Assembly (NCBI GenBank): GCA_951406725.2
Contig: OX597819.1
Location: 98,394,001-98,458,000, forward strand
Source: Octopus vulgaris
Taxonomy: Eukaryota
Direction of reading: 5' to 3'
Length of the DNA stretch: 64,000 bases
In this document: positions 25,401 through 38,449 of the stretch, piece after piece
Layout: each line of letters begins with the position of its first letter
How positions within the stretch are numbered: the stretch's first letter is position 1
Made by a program: the position numbers and the translations under genes
Notes under the pieces: model-generated
The model's input: only the letters and a program-made list of their open reading frames with translations
What the model was told of the DNA's origin: nothing
Databases searched by the model: none

Positions 25401-28289
25401 CCTTCCTGCTTCATATCTGTTTTTCAGAATTGTTATGGTTTGAGCAAGTCTGCAAGTTTTGACTTCTAGTAGAGAAATTTGGGGAAAATGACTCTGAGTA
25501 TATTTATCATAATAGCATCTACATAAAAAGTGGTGTCTCATTAAGCTGAGAGCCATTACTGCATTTTCCAAGCTCAGATGTTCATATACATGTTACAAAT
25601 TGTGTATCTGTCCACAACCAAGATCACTGCTCTCCATATCATCATCATACATATCTCATATGTATATATGTATATCTTATATCAGTTGACAATTTTTAGT
25701 TTGTGTAGACCTCAGGTACAAACTGCTACACATACACACATTTATAGATACTCTCAATGTATAAATACATTCAATGTATTCTTACGAAATTATTTGGTAC
25801 ATGAGGAGGGTTGCCATACCAACTAAATCTCTTTGAATTCACATCTTTTAAAAAGAACATAATGGATAAGGTGCATGACTTAGTGGTTAAGGTATTCAGC
25901 TAATGATCATAAGGTCATGGGTTTGATTCTTGGCCTTGCATTGTGTCCTTGAACAAGACACTTTATTTAATGTTCCAGTCCAGTCAGCTGGTAAAAACAA
26001 GTAGTACTTGTATTTCAAAGGGCCAGCCTCATCACATTCTGTGTAATGCTGAATCTCCCTGAAAAGGGCATACATATCTGTGGAGTGCTCAGTCACTTAT
26101 ACATTGATTTCATGAGCAGGCTGTTCCTTTGATCAAATCAACTGGAACTCTTATCATCATAATTGACACAGTGCCAGTTTGTAATGGATAATGGAGTTTA
26201 CGATAGCTTATATATTTAAAAAAAAAGAAAAAAAAAGATAGTTATCACTAGAATATTTTTCAACATGGTCTGCTAGATCAAAGCTAACCTGAGGTTAACT
26301 AAAATCACATCTCTGCCAGTTAATTATATTCTCTTATATGTTATCAAAAATTACCTGCCTTGATCCTGTAGTTTGTAAATTTGATGTGGTGTTCATTATG
26401 GTCTAATGGTGTTTGCAATCCTTAACAGCATCAAAAATTAGTTTACAGTTGATTTCTTCATCTACACTCTCACACACACACACACACATACATTTTGCTC
26501 TACTTATGTACACACACCATTTCAATGTGTATTTTATGTGAAAGAGACAACATAACTCAAAAATGGTTGGTTATTAATTATCTGCTATTAAACTGCTATA
26601 CTGTAATTAAAATCAAATTTTAATTAAAACATTTTGAATTATATTTACTATTTATAATTTCAAGTTTCTTTTTTAAATTATATTTTCTACTTATGTATGG
26701 TTAAGAAATTTTCTCCCCAACCATATGGTTTCAGGTTGAGTCCCACTGTGTGGTACCATGGGCACATATTTTCTGCTTTAGCCCCAGGCTGAACAAGACC
26801 TTGTAAGTGAATTTCATAGATTTTCAAAAATGAAAATCACTTTCATTTTTTCTAGAAATATAAAAAAAAAAAATTACAAACATTTAGTCAATGAAAGTTA
26901 ATGATTGCCAGTCATATCAGATTGGAAGCCATGACTTTTTGTCTCCATGGGAATAACACTCATGAGACCTTTATGTGGTCTCTCATGAAATAGCAGCTAA
27001 ATCTTCCTTAAACTACACCATAACATCTACAAAGACAAAAAGGACAATACATTTTGCTACAACACTGTTTATTTCCTTGCTTGATGCAGGCCAAGAGCTT
27101 TCCACTTGTTGAGTGTTATCAATAACAAGTGGAAAGCTCTTGGGCTTGCCTCAAACAAGGAAAGAAACTGCTGTAGCGCAATGTGCTATTTTTTTTATTT
27201 AGATGTTATGGTGTAGTTTAAGGAAGATTTGGCTGCTAATTCTATCACTTCAAGAAATCACATAATGGTTTCATGTATTCTATTCCTATTGGGACAAACA
27301 GTCATGACTTCCAGTATGTCTGGCAATCTAGGCTTTGATTGGCTAAGATTACATAATTTTAAATGCTTGTCATTTTATTATTAATTTCTAGGAAAAAAAA
27401 AATGAATGTTATTTTCATCATCAGCTTGAAAAACTACATATTTTAAAAGCTTCAAGTGGTTGGAAGAAATTTAAAAAGAACTGTCTTATAACACTGTGTG
27501 ACAGTGTGCTAAATTGGCTGGCTGAAATCAAGAAAGGAACGTCTACCATCAGTGAAGCCATTACTGGTACTTCAGTATTGGTTTCAAATTTTGGCACAAG
27601 GCCAGTATGTTCAAGGGAGAAAGCAAGTCTATTACATTGACCCCAGAGCTCAACTGATACTTATTTTATCAACCCTGAAAGGATAAAAGGCAAAGTCGAC
27701 CTCAGCAGAATTTGAACTCAGAATGTAAAGAGAGGTGAAATGCTGCTAAGCATTTTGCCCAGCATGCACAGTTTACTAGCTTGCCACCTTATTGGGAGTT
27801 CAATATTGAAATTGTATATTATGACCCACTGCCTTTCAAAAGTGACAGAGTAATCATCCTTGAATTGTTTAGAAAGGAAACTAATGACTCATTTGACCAT
27901 CAAAGGAGGCTGATAACCAATTCAAACAGAAAGCCGTATATCTGTCTTGTGAAACAAAGTATGATGAACCAACTTAGCTGAGCAGCCAATAACAAATAAA
28001 CCACCTCCAAAAACTGGAATGAATATAACCAAAAGTGATCGTGTTATCAACAAACCAGTGAGATACAGAATGAATGTCATAAGAACATAAAGATACATTA
28101 TGTGATTATTCATGTGTTAAATAAATCCTGTCTTGAATCTAAAAATATGAGATATAATGTATTGCTTTACTTCCCTTCAATCGTTTTATTCAACCAGTCA
28201 TATTTTAATAGAATATTCAAAAGCCAGTATTCCAGCGATAGCTGCCTGATTATTAAATCACATGTAAAATCTTTTATCTAGTTACCTAT

Positions 28290-28596
28290 GTTATTGTTGT
28301 TTGTTGTTTGTTCCTTCTTGAGCCATGCCTGGCTCATAAGGGCTGGTTTCTCGGCATATAAGTTCCCCACCTGGACAGGACGCTGGTCCATCGCAGGTGA
28401 GCTGCAAGATGCAGGAGGAAAGAGAGAGAAAGTTGTGGCGAAAGAGCCAGCAGAAGTTTTGGCATTACCTTCTGTTGGAGCCACGTGGGGCTTAGATGTT
28501 TTGCTCATAAACACACACATCGTTCGGTTTGAGATTCGAACCCGCGATCCCTTGACCACGAATCTGCTGCTCTTACCACTAGGCCATGTGCCTCCA
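28290..28596 (-). mobile_element. tRNA-derived SINE related to the copy at 47823-48130
   Basis: Minus-strand head GGAGGCACATGGCCTAGTGGTAAGAGCAGCAGATTCG...GGTTCGAATCTC; shared body CTTTCTCTCT...CCTG, GCCTGTCCAG, CATGAGCC...GCT. Confidence 0.75.
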
Positions 28597-29421
28597 TACC
28601 TATCTTATAAAACAATGTAGCACCTCTCCCCCCCCCAAAAAAAAAAAACACTCTAGACTGTATCACTGCTACTGATAGCATGGTTGAGGAACTGGAGCAA
28701 CCTAGCACTCACCCAAGCATCATCTGATACTTCAGCAGTCTAACACCCACAAACACAATAGGTTAGGAAGTGCTTTGATAGTAAATTTTTACTTTTACAC
28801 TCATCTCATGAGATAGATATAATCTCTATCAGTGGATTTCTCCTCCACCAATTCTTTACCTTTTTCTGATAAATTTTTACTATTACACTCATCTCACGAG
28901 ACAGATATAATATTGCAAGCATTCAAAACCTTATCAGTTCTGCAATGGACGGAGATCACAACATGTCAGATCACAACTTAATGTACATTTCAGTCAATAA
29001 TTGTTCTGGCACATTTATGTGTGTGTTAAGAGTAATGGAAAATTCCATACAGTTTCATGTCAAATGATTATAACTTAACACGCTCAGGAAATACAAGCCA
29101 AAGAAGTGGGAGAGGACTTATAGATGATGGCGGAGGACAATAGAGGTTTTCTTGGTCAATAGCCAGTTATGTCACTCTGATTTCACGTTAAAAGAACTCT
29201 TCTTGCTGTGCAATCATTTTTTCCTGTCAGCACAAACACAAAGTGAGTCACAATCATAGATGCTAAATACAGGTGAACCATAGCAAAAGGTTTTGCTCTG
29301 GCGACAGGAAGGGCATCCAGCTTTATAAAATATGTCTGACCCATGCAAACATGGAACAGTCGATGTTTCATACATATATCAACTACATAATTGTGTATGT
29401 GTATACATATTCACACATATA

Positions 29422-30552
29422 TCATCATCATCATCATTTAACGTCTGTTGTCAATGCTGGCATGGGTTGCATGACATCAGTATCTGCTATAACTGCAATT
29501 TTGCCCGGCTTGATAGGTCTTTTTTTCAAGCACAACATAATGTCAAAGGTTTTGGTGGTTTTCTCCATAAGTCCCAACACTTGAAAGGGACTTGGCCCCT
29601 TTGCCTCCATGAAGCCCAATGCTCGAAATGAACTCAGCCACCTTGCCTCTGTGAGGCTGAACTTGGGAGGAACTCAGCCACTTTGCCTCCGTGAGGCCCA
29701 ACATTCAAAAGACGTTCTTTACATGTCACCAGCACGGGTGCAGTTGGCTTTACAGGTCCTCTTAAGCACAGTACATTGCCAAAGGTCTCGGTCACCAGAC
29801 ATTGCCTCTGTGAGGCTCAAAGTTCAAAGATCATGCTTCACCACCTCGTCCCTTATCTTCCTGGGTATACCTCTATCACAAGTTCCCTCCTTAGATCGAC
29901 ACTTCTTTACACAGCTGTCCTCATCTATGTGCATCACATGACCATACCAATGCAGTCGTCTCTATTGCACACCAGATCTGATTCCTCTTATGCCTAACTT
30001 TTGTCTCAAGATGCTTACACACTGTTGAACATGCACACTGACATCGCACATCCAGCGAAGCATACTGGCTTCATTTCTTTCAAGCCTCGCATGTCCTCAG
30101 CTGTCACAGCCCATCTTTCACTGCCATGCATCATAGCTGTTCGCACACAGGCATCAGACAATCTGCCTTTGACTCTGAGAGAGAGGCCCTTTGTTGCCAG
30201 CAGGGGTAGGAACTCTCTGAACTTTGCCCAGCCTAATCTTATTCTCACAGTTATGCTCTCAGAGTATCCACCTCCACTACTAACTTGGTCACCTAGATAA
30301 AGGAAGCTATCTATTACCTCTACCTTGCCCCACCTGGCAGCTCATGGAGTCTATTTTCTGCACATTTTCAGCGTTTATTGTACCTTTGCACTTTCCACAT
30401 ACAAAAGTTAGTTTCCCTGTTAATCTTCCTCTGATGTTGCACCTTTTATGTGTCCAAAGCTTACACTGGGTGTTTCTCATGGAGTTTCTACCTACACCTT
30501 TTCTACAGGTTGAGCAGGGCCATCTACCTGAAGGAATTTGATTTGTCTGCCT
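29422..30552 (-). mobile_element. RTE-clade LINE, 5'-truncated and degenerate
   Basis: Minus-strand peptides GRWPCSTCRKGVGRNS...CKLWTHKRC...FVCGKC (PHD-like Cys cluster) and RIRLGWAKFREFLPLL...LSLRVKGRL...MMHGSERWA (RTE RT C-terminal region); ends in a (GAT)n tail. Confidence 0.85.
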
Positions 30553-30838
30553 TCCTATATATATATAATTAGTAGAGGTCACAAAAGTGATGGAAGGTGC
30601 TAAGTAGCTTTGAACCTCCTTTGTCAATCATGTGCTGATTTTCAAAGTGGTAAGAGTGTAGACAACAAATTAAAAGGATGGCTAATTAGCAATTAGAACT
30701 TAAAGGCAAAATTAATAGAGGTCTTAAAAGTGACAGAGGGTGCTGACTAGCACCGCTTATGCTAAATTAAGAGTTAAATTAATTCCAAAGCCACTAAAGC
30801 ACTATATTTAATGACTGATAGCATTTTTTCAAACTCTA

Positions 30839-30923
30839 GGCCTATGGTCTCTCTAAGGGTCTGAAGAGATGCTGTAAAGCTAAGCGCTTTATGATCATGA
30901 AACCCAGAGTTACCCCATAGACC
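30839..30923 (+). ncRNA. Type I hammerhead ribozyme motif
   Basis: GGGU-CUGAAGA (30861-30867), stem II AUG..UAAAGC/GCUUUA..CAU, GAAA (30899-30902), GUU then ACCC; stem I extended by CUAUG/CAUAG. Confidence 0.6.
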
Positions 30924-31917
30924 GACCATATCTGTCTTAATCTATCTATCTATCTTATAAACTGAACCATGACCAATAATTGGAGAGTTGCTTCTGCTAT
31001 TGCTGCTAACCCAAATGCCAAGCAGTTTAAAATAACGAAATCTATGTAAATATACATTTCTGTGATTGCTTACTTCTGAAGATAAGCCTTTGCACCCGAA
31101 ATATAAAGGGTTCTCTTTTGTTTTGTGAAACTTTCTGCATTGTTAGAAGCTCTCTTTATTTCTCTTTTCTTTCACTTTCTACTTCTGTATTACAATGCTT
31201 CAAACAAACTAAAATGCTCACCCCAGCATGATTGCAGCTTTAGGGCTAAAACATATAAGAGAATATATACACACACATGCACATTCTGTGGGTGCTATTT
31301 TCAACTGAGACATTACAACTGTATCTGATTCTTCGAGTACTTCAATTCTGAGTATATACATGTATTTGCTGACATTTAGCAATGGTTTCTCTCATTGTTT
31401 AGAGATGCCATTTTTAGCATTGATAAAACAGTCGGCATTTTTGACGTCACGGATATACAAGTAGTAAAATAAAACTTTTTTTTTCACTTCGTTGCTGCCC
31501 TGTCTCATTGAAATATCAAATTATAGATACTGCGGTAATAGCGTGCGTGTTTAGAGGTGTCTCAAAAACTTAGAGGAAAACACCAGTTTCTCCTAATATG
31601 ATGTTATAATTGGGACAATGAGGACAACTTTATTTTGATTATTTACTGATGTATTTTTATTTTATTTTCCCTTCATTTTCTCACTGTTTACACGTGAAAA
31701 TTTCAACTTTTTATTATTTTGCAACATAAAATTAAAGAGATCTGAATTAGGATTTACTGATGTATGCAAATGACAACTCAATCCGGTCAATAGAGCAGGT
31801 AAGAAGGGCTAAAATAATGGTGTGTTGGTTGATTAGAAATGGTTATGTAAACTAAAATAATTCACAAGACCTAACTTTCTTTGATATACACTATTGCATC
31901 TAAAAATTAGTGAGCTG

Positions 31918-32353
31918 GGATCTTTTTGGTTTGAACGGCAGGTTTTTAAAATAATTTCTACGTAACTAAACACTTCTAAACTTCGTATACTGGTAGAATG
32001 TGTTTAGAAAACATCTTTTTCTCTTGGCTTTATAGAGAAAATTCTATAGTTTGTAAGATATTTGTTGTTTTTTTTCTTCAATTTCTACAATTTCAATTAA
32101 TGAATGACGTCTATTGAGGTGAAAACATTCTGTGCCGTATGAATATGTCCCTCGTTTAAGAAACAGATTGGATTTATTTACATTTCCGAAGAAAAAAAAG
32201 ATACCCTTTCCCCACCCTAACCCTAACTAACTCTAACTAACCCTAACCCTAAAACAGATTGAAATGCAATAGATCGATACTAGGGTCATAATTATGGGTG
32301 ACAATTTCATATGACACCGCTAGAAAAAACTGCCGTTCAAACCGAAAAGATCC
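31918..32353. mobile_element. MITE with 8-bp TSD, probably Merlin superfamily
   Basis: TIRs GGATCTTTTTGGTTTGAACGGCAG / CTGCCGTTCAAACCGAAAAGATCC; perfect TSD GTGAGCTG at 31910-31917 and 32354-32361; internal CCCTAA repeats. Confidence 0.88.
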
Positions 32354-32429
32354 GTGAGCTGTCTTGCCGTTTCGTAAAATACAATAGAAGACAGACGGCA
32401 ATCAACAGTTACTGTAATAGGATTGTATA

Positions 32430-32576
32430 TTTTTGTGAACACTTCCGCCCGGTTACGATGAGTTTGTTATTACTTCTGTCCGGTTTCGTTGATTAGCGGA
32501 AGTATAGTGTAGTCGTCACGTGACATACTGGTTTCTATCATTGTATTTGCAATGTCTACATCGAGTTAAGTGAAAG
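32430..32576 (+). promoter_or_regulatory. Probable TMUB promoter and non-coding first exon
   Basis: Local CpG retention; ETS-type ACTTCCG/CGGAAGT motifs; palindromic GTCACGTGAC at 32515-32524; donor-like AAG|gtaata at 32576/32577; the next exon acceptor precedes the TMUB ATG. Confidence 0.6.
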
Positions 32577-34254
32577 GTAATAACAACAATAATCATTCAT
32601 CTCTTTCTACTTCATTGTTGTTTATAATTTTATCTTTTCTTCGCCATCAGTGTTTTAATGTTGTACAGCGACGAAACTGTTATATAATCACCTTTTTATA
32701 GTTCAACAATCGCATTCTTCTGCTTCCCCACCACCACATATGGTTGTATTTGTTGTTTAAATCCCCGCCAAGGTCGACTTTATTATCTTTTATTTTCCTG
32801 GAAGCGATAAAACGAAATACCAGCGAAGTACCGATTGGAGGCCAATTTAATTCACTTTCACACCTCCCCCCCTTGATCGGTAACCTTGTACCTATGTTCC
32901 AGTATGTTAAGTTTATTATTATTATTATTATTGACCTTAAATAATAGTAGGGGAAAAAATAGAATGGTGTTGTTAACAGAACTGATAACTTTGAGATTAG
33001 GTAGACAACATTTGGTTTATTCAGCCTAAACGGAGTAATTGTAGCAGGATGTGTTTTACTCTTTTGTCAATTTGGTTTCTCATAACAGGAATTTTTTTTA
33101 ATGTCTACTGACACCTCATCAACTTCTTCCGTTTCGACTTGGAGTGGAAGTCGAAGGAGGCAGGTATTGCCTTCCAGTAAATTTGCTAAAAAAAGTATGA
33201 GTGGCATGTACAGTTCGAGGAAATGGACTAATTCTCAGAATATGAGGGTAATCTGGGACCTGTAACTGTTCCGGGTTGGCCTCAGTTTCATTTTTATCTC
33301 TTTTTAAGCAGTTGTTGTTTATCATGTCGTTTCATTTTACTCGATTCGATTTAAACCTCCACCGTTTTTATTTAATCTACTACTATGATAATGTGATAGC
33401 TATCGAAGAACATTTTAGATAGATTTTGTCAACTGCTCAAAATGCCAATATTGGACATATAGACATATTAGTAAGAATCAGTTAGATTTGGGTATGGAAT
33501 CAGATTTGGTTTGGAAATTAAATACGTAAAGTGGAGCAGGATTCACATGAATTATTGAAGATCGTTTAATAAATCTTATATAACGCATGTCACTATACAC
33601 TGCGTTTATTTTTTGTGTTATGTATACACACACATATATATATCGCCAGTGGATCACATTTACTTCATGTAAATATATATGACCAGACATTAACTTTATT
33701 ATATGTATGTGTGCGTGTGTTAGAACTCAGTATAGACATGTTTCAGCCGTAAGTTAACGAAGTACATAAATGTTTATTTCCTTCGCCATTCCAATTTCTT
33801 ATATATACACACACACAGAGACACGTAGTCGTGTCCTTGTTTACCTGATCGTGCTACTGTTTACCAACAAACACCATAGACACAGTTATGGTTGTGTGTA
33901 CATATGTACACACATAGATAATAGCACAGAAAATGGATTCATTGGGTAATTTGCATAAAATTTGCAAATACCATCATTTTTGAAGATCGAACTGTAAAAC
34001 CTTGTGAATCCCAATGTGAGTGTCTGACACTAATAATTGGAATATTTTTAATAGTGTCTGTCAGACTGTCAACACGACGACATTGTGTTATTTAAGTCGT
34101 AAACATCTGAGATAGATTGTCCTGCTTTATAACTTTCAGAACACACCATTCGATGTTATGGTAATGAGCGAAATCTTCCCGCAGAATATCTGAACACTGG
34201 TTCAGCTTCATCTACTACTACTACTTCTATCACCATCGTCATCATTATCATCAT

Positions 34255-35215
34255 CATTGATGAGTATGGTTTCTTGTGTGAAAAGTTGCTTAGCTCTGTC
34301 ACTCAGTAGTGGTTTCCCACGTTTGAGGACTATACAAAAGCAATGGTGTTGCCCTTGATATGAACAAAGCCCTTAACTGTGTCTGGTGTGAGACCTCTTA
34401 GCTAAGTTTCACACACCTATTGTCTCTGTCTTCTCCCACATCTTGTCAAACCACTTCAGTGCAGCATATGTTAATCTCTCTCTCACCCCTCCCCTTTACT
34501 CAGTTAACTCTGGTGTACCTAAAGGTTCAGTTTTGTCCCCCACACTGCTCCCTAAATAAATTGACTATTTATTCAGTTTTAACAAACCACTCTTACGTAG
34601 ATGATACTGCCCATCACATCTTAAACTTTTCTTTGCTATCATCCTCCATATTCAATTTACATGTTCTACACCTGGTCTGCCCCATTCTATCAAAGCATGG
34701 GAATGTGACAATAGCTTGAAGACACATTATACATCAAAGAAACAGACTTGCACGTCAGTTTTACACATGAACTGCACATAGCTAAAATGCTTATTATTTG
34801 CTTATGATAAGTCACATCACATTTATTTTGCATTGTCAGAACTATTTCTCCAAAGTTAGGCTTTGTTTTATGGATCAAAATATACATCAGCTCTATACAG
34901 TTGCTAAACGTTAACTAAGATCCACCATGAACATTTAGTTGTTCACATGTGGGATGTTATTTGCAACACACAACTGTCCTAGACCAAGTTGAAATAAAAC
35001 AGCATCCAACTGATTGACAAAGATTCATTCACCAATACACTATAAACAACTGGCTGATTGGCGTAAAGTAACTCAGAGATACACTCTGGTACACTTTTTC
35101 CACTGTGACTATAATGGCCTCTGCACCAAGAAGCTGGCTGGGCTCGTACCGGTTCCATTCAAACATTCCCGTCCTACTCATCTTGTCTCCTCTCATCATC
35201 TTTGTTCTATCCAGC
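34255..35215 (+). mobile_element. Highly degenerate non-LTR reverse transcriptase fragment (Jockey/CR1/L2 group)
   Basis: Fragmentary peptides LDMNKALNCVW, SGVPKGSVLSPTL and YVDDT resemble LD.SKAFD.V, GVPQGSVLSP and YADD. Confidence 0.6.
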
Positions 35216-37196
35216 CCCACCATCCCTATCCATCTACATAAATATATAATCTATGCATACATACATATATATGAAAAGTGTGTATTTTTGTTGTTTCTTT
35301 GCATGTGTTTCATGTGTCTGTATGTACAAAAATTCAGACAGCTCACTTCAGAAAACAACTTTGGAGACTTCTTTAGGACTTCAGATGGAGTTTGTCATGG
35401 CTGTATCCCCTCCTAAATGTTTTTCTACATCTTCCTGGTAAACATCATACGTGGAGTGCAATGTGACTTTGAAACCTCCATTTCTACTTAAGAATGGCCT
35501 CATTGTAACTTGCATTTTGTTGTTGATATTGTCTTAATGAGATGCAATGAAGCAGAAGAAATCCTAGCTTGACAATATCAATGACTGAACACATTTTAAT
35601 ATCATGATCCTTCTGGCTGTCAGGGACCCTTCTGACAGCCAGAGCATCTAGAGTGGCGCCCCAATAACTGGTTTTGCCAGTCATGGGTAGATGATGATGT
35701 ATGTGTCTGGAAGTGTCAATCTGGTTGAATTCATGTGTGTGTGTGTACATATATGACTTTGTATAATTATATAATCATCACTTATTGTGTGTGTATGTTG
35801 TTTTTGATATTGTATATTGAGAGAAAAATATATAGTGATAGCACTGTTGACACAATCACACAGCCTTCAGCAGACTTTTGCTGTAGGTTTACAGGTGTGA
35901 TATGACACATGTATTTCACTTTTCATTGCTGGAAGTTTATATTAGTGAAAAGCGCCCACTACACTCTTGGAGTGTTTGGCATTAGGAAGGGCATCCAGCT
36001 GTAGAAACCATACCAAATCAGACTGGAACCTTGTGCAGCTTACCAGGTTTCAGTCAAACTGTCCAACTCATGCCAGCATGGAAAATGGACGTTAGATGAT
36101 GATGATGATGATGAATATATCCATGTGTTCCAGCACACCTCTGTTGTATGGTTACTGATGTGCCACAACTTTTAATTTCCATTCCTAGATATTCACAGAT
36201 ATGGTACAATTTACTTGTATCCCACCTTCTGCTGCTAATGAGGGCTTCTGCATGATCTCTTGATCTGTTAAAGATACCAACCAAATTCCAGATTACATCC
36301 TACCATCTTACGGAGCATTGTGATATAGGTTTCAGTGAACTGTGCCTGGGGAGTGGATGGTCATGGCTGGAATACCTTTTGATCATAAGTGTGTTCTTTC
36401 AAAGCTGACTTAGTGCTAAACAACATGTTTACATGCATACAATATATCACGGAACTGTCTTTGATGTTGTCAGTGGTAAAATGAAACTGATACTTGCTTA
36501 GCTGTAAGTAGTTACAAGAACAGGTATATCTATAGTGTATATCTGTGTTTTTGTGTGTGACATGCAGTTAGACCTTGTTGGAGTCAAACTAGAGTTTTAG
36601 CTATATGAATAAGGCATTGTAAATATGAGTGTCAACTTCCTCTCCAAATTAACTATAAATACATCTGGTTCACCTAAAACATTATTGGTTGTGAAGTTAG
36701 TGTTATGGAGTCAGAGTTGGAAGCAGTCATTAGGTTATTGGAGCTGAACTCAGTAGAAATGTACAAAGTCTGACTAAAAATAAACAGTCGTATAAAGCAT
36801 TAAAATTTCCAATTTTATAGTTATTAATTTAACTGATCTCACAGATACTAATTTGAGGATAATAAATCAAATTTAAGAGTTTCAGTGAAGGTTGATCTGG
36901 TGGAAGCAATTTTGTTTTTAAGAAAAAGATAGTAAATTTTATTTTATTCATTGCAATCTTTTATATAACATTGACTTAAATTTTATATTGAAATTGAAAG
37001 GATGATTTATATATCTAATTGAGTTTATTTCATTTAAAATGGTTGTCTGTTAAGATGCAATGCTCAGTCTTTTAGTTTTAACTTTGAAGTACTTAAGAGT
37101 TTTGAAGTTTTGAAATAGTAAACAATAATGTTGCTAATCTTCTTTTATAGTATTTTTGTACTTTATTTTTATATTCTTTTACTTTTTTCTTTTGGG

Positions 37197-37778
<582 letters not shown>

Positions 37779-37779
37779 A

Positions 37780-38133
37780 GGAGTGGCTGTGTGGTAAGTA
37801 GCTTGCTAACCAACCACATGGTTCCGGGTTCAGTCCCACTGTGTGGCATCTTAGGCAAGTGTCTTCTGCTATAGCCTCAGGCCGACCAATGCCTTGTGAG
37901 TGGATTTGGTAGATGGAAACTGAAAGAAGCCTGTCGTGTATGTGTGTATCCCCCTAGTGTTGCTTGACAACCGATGCTGGTGTGTTTACGTCCCCGTCAC
38001 TTAGCGGTTCGGCAAAAGAGACCGATAGAATAAGTACTGAGCTTACAAAGCATAAGTCCCGGGGTCGATTCAATCGACTAAAGGCGGTGCTCCAGCATGG
38101 CCGCAGTCAAATGACTGAACAAGTAAAAGAGAA
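37780..38133 (+). mobile_element. Full-length tRNA-derived SINE (family also at 8570-8710, 9880-10270, 21200-21360, 43040-43405, 61330-61760)
   Basis: Head GGAGTGGCTGTGTGGTAAG...GGTTCAGTCCC, body GGATTTGGTAGATGGAAACTGAAAGAAG, tail GACTGAACAAGTAAAAGAG, each repeated elsewhere in the window. Confidence 0.85.
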
Positions 38134-38250
38134 TATATATATATATATATATATACATATATGTATACACCCAAAAGAAAAAGTAAAAGAATATAAAAAT
38201 AAAGTACAAAAATACTATATATATACATATATATATGTGTGTGTGTATAC

Positions 38251-38282
<32 letters not shown>

Positions 38283-38449
38283 ATATATATATATAGGGAG
38301 AGTTCATGAAAAAAACAAAAGACGAAGACAGGTGGTGTAGAAAACAAACAGGTGTATTAGTATAACGATCAGGAATTGAAAAAAATCTTTTACATTTCAA
38401 GCCTACGCTCTTTTACAGAAAGGGACACAGAAAAAAACAAGGATACACA

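Noticed and set aside
32215-32252. Interstitial telomere or chromosome fusion site
   Set aside because: Short, imperfect and inside a MITE bounded by TIRs and a TSD.
33132-33155. Small hairpin TTCGACTT...AAGTCGAA
   Set aside because: An 8-bp stem is within chance expectation and has no supporting context.
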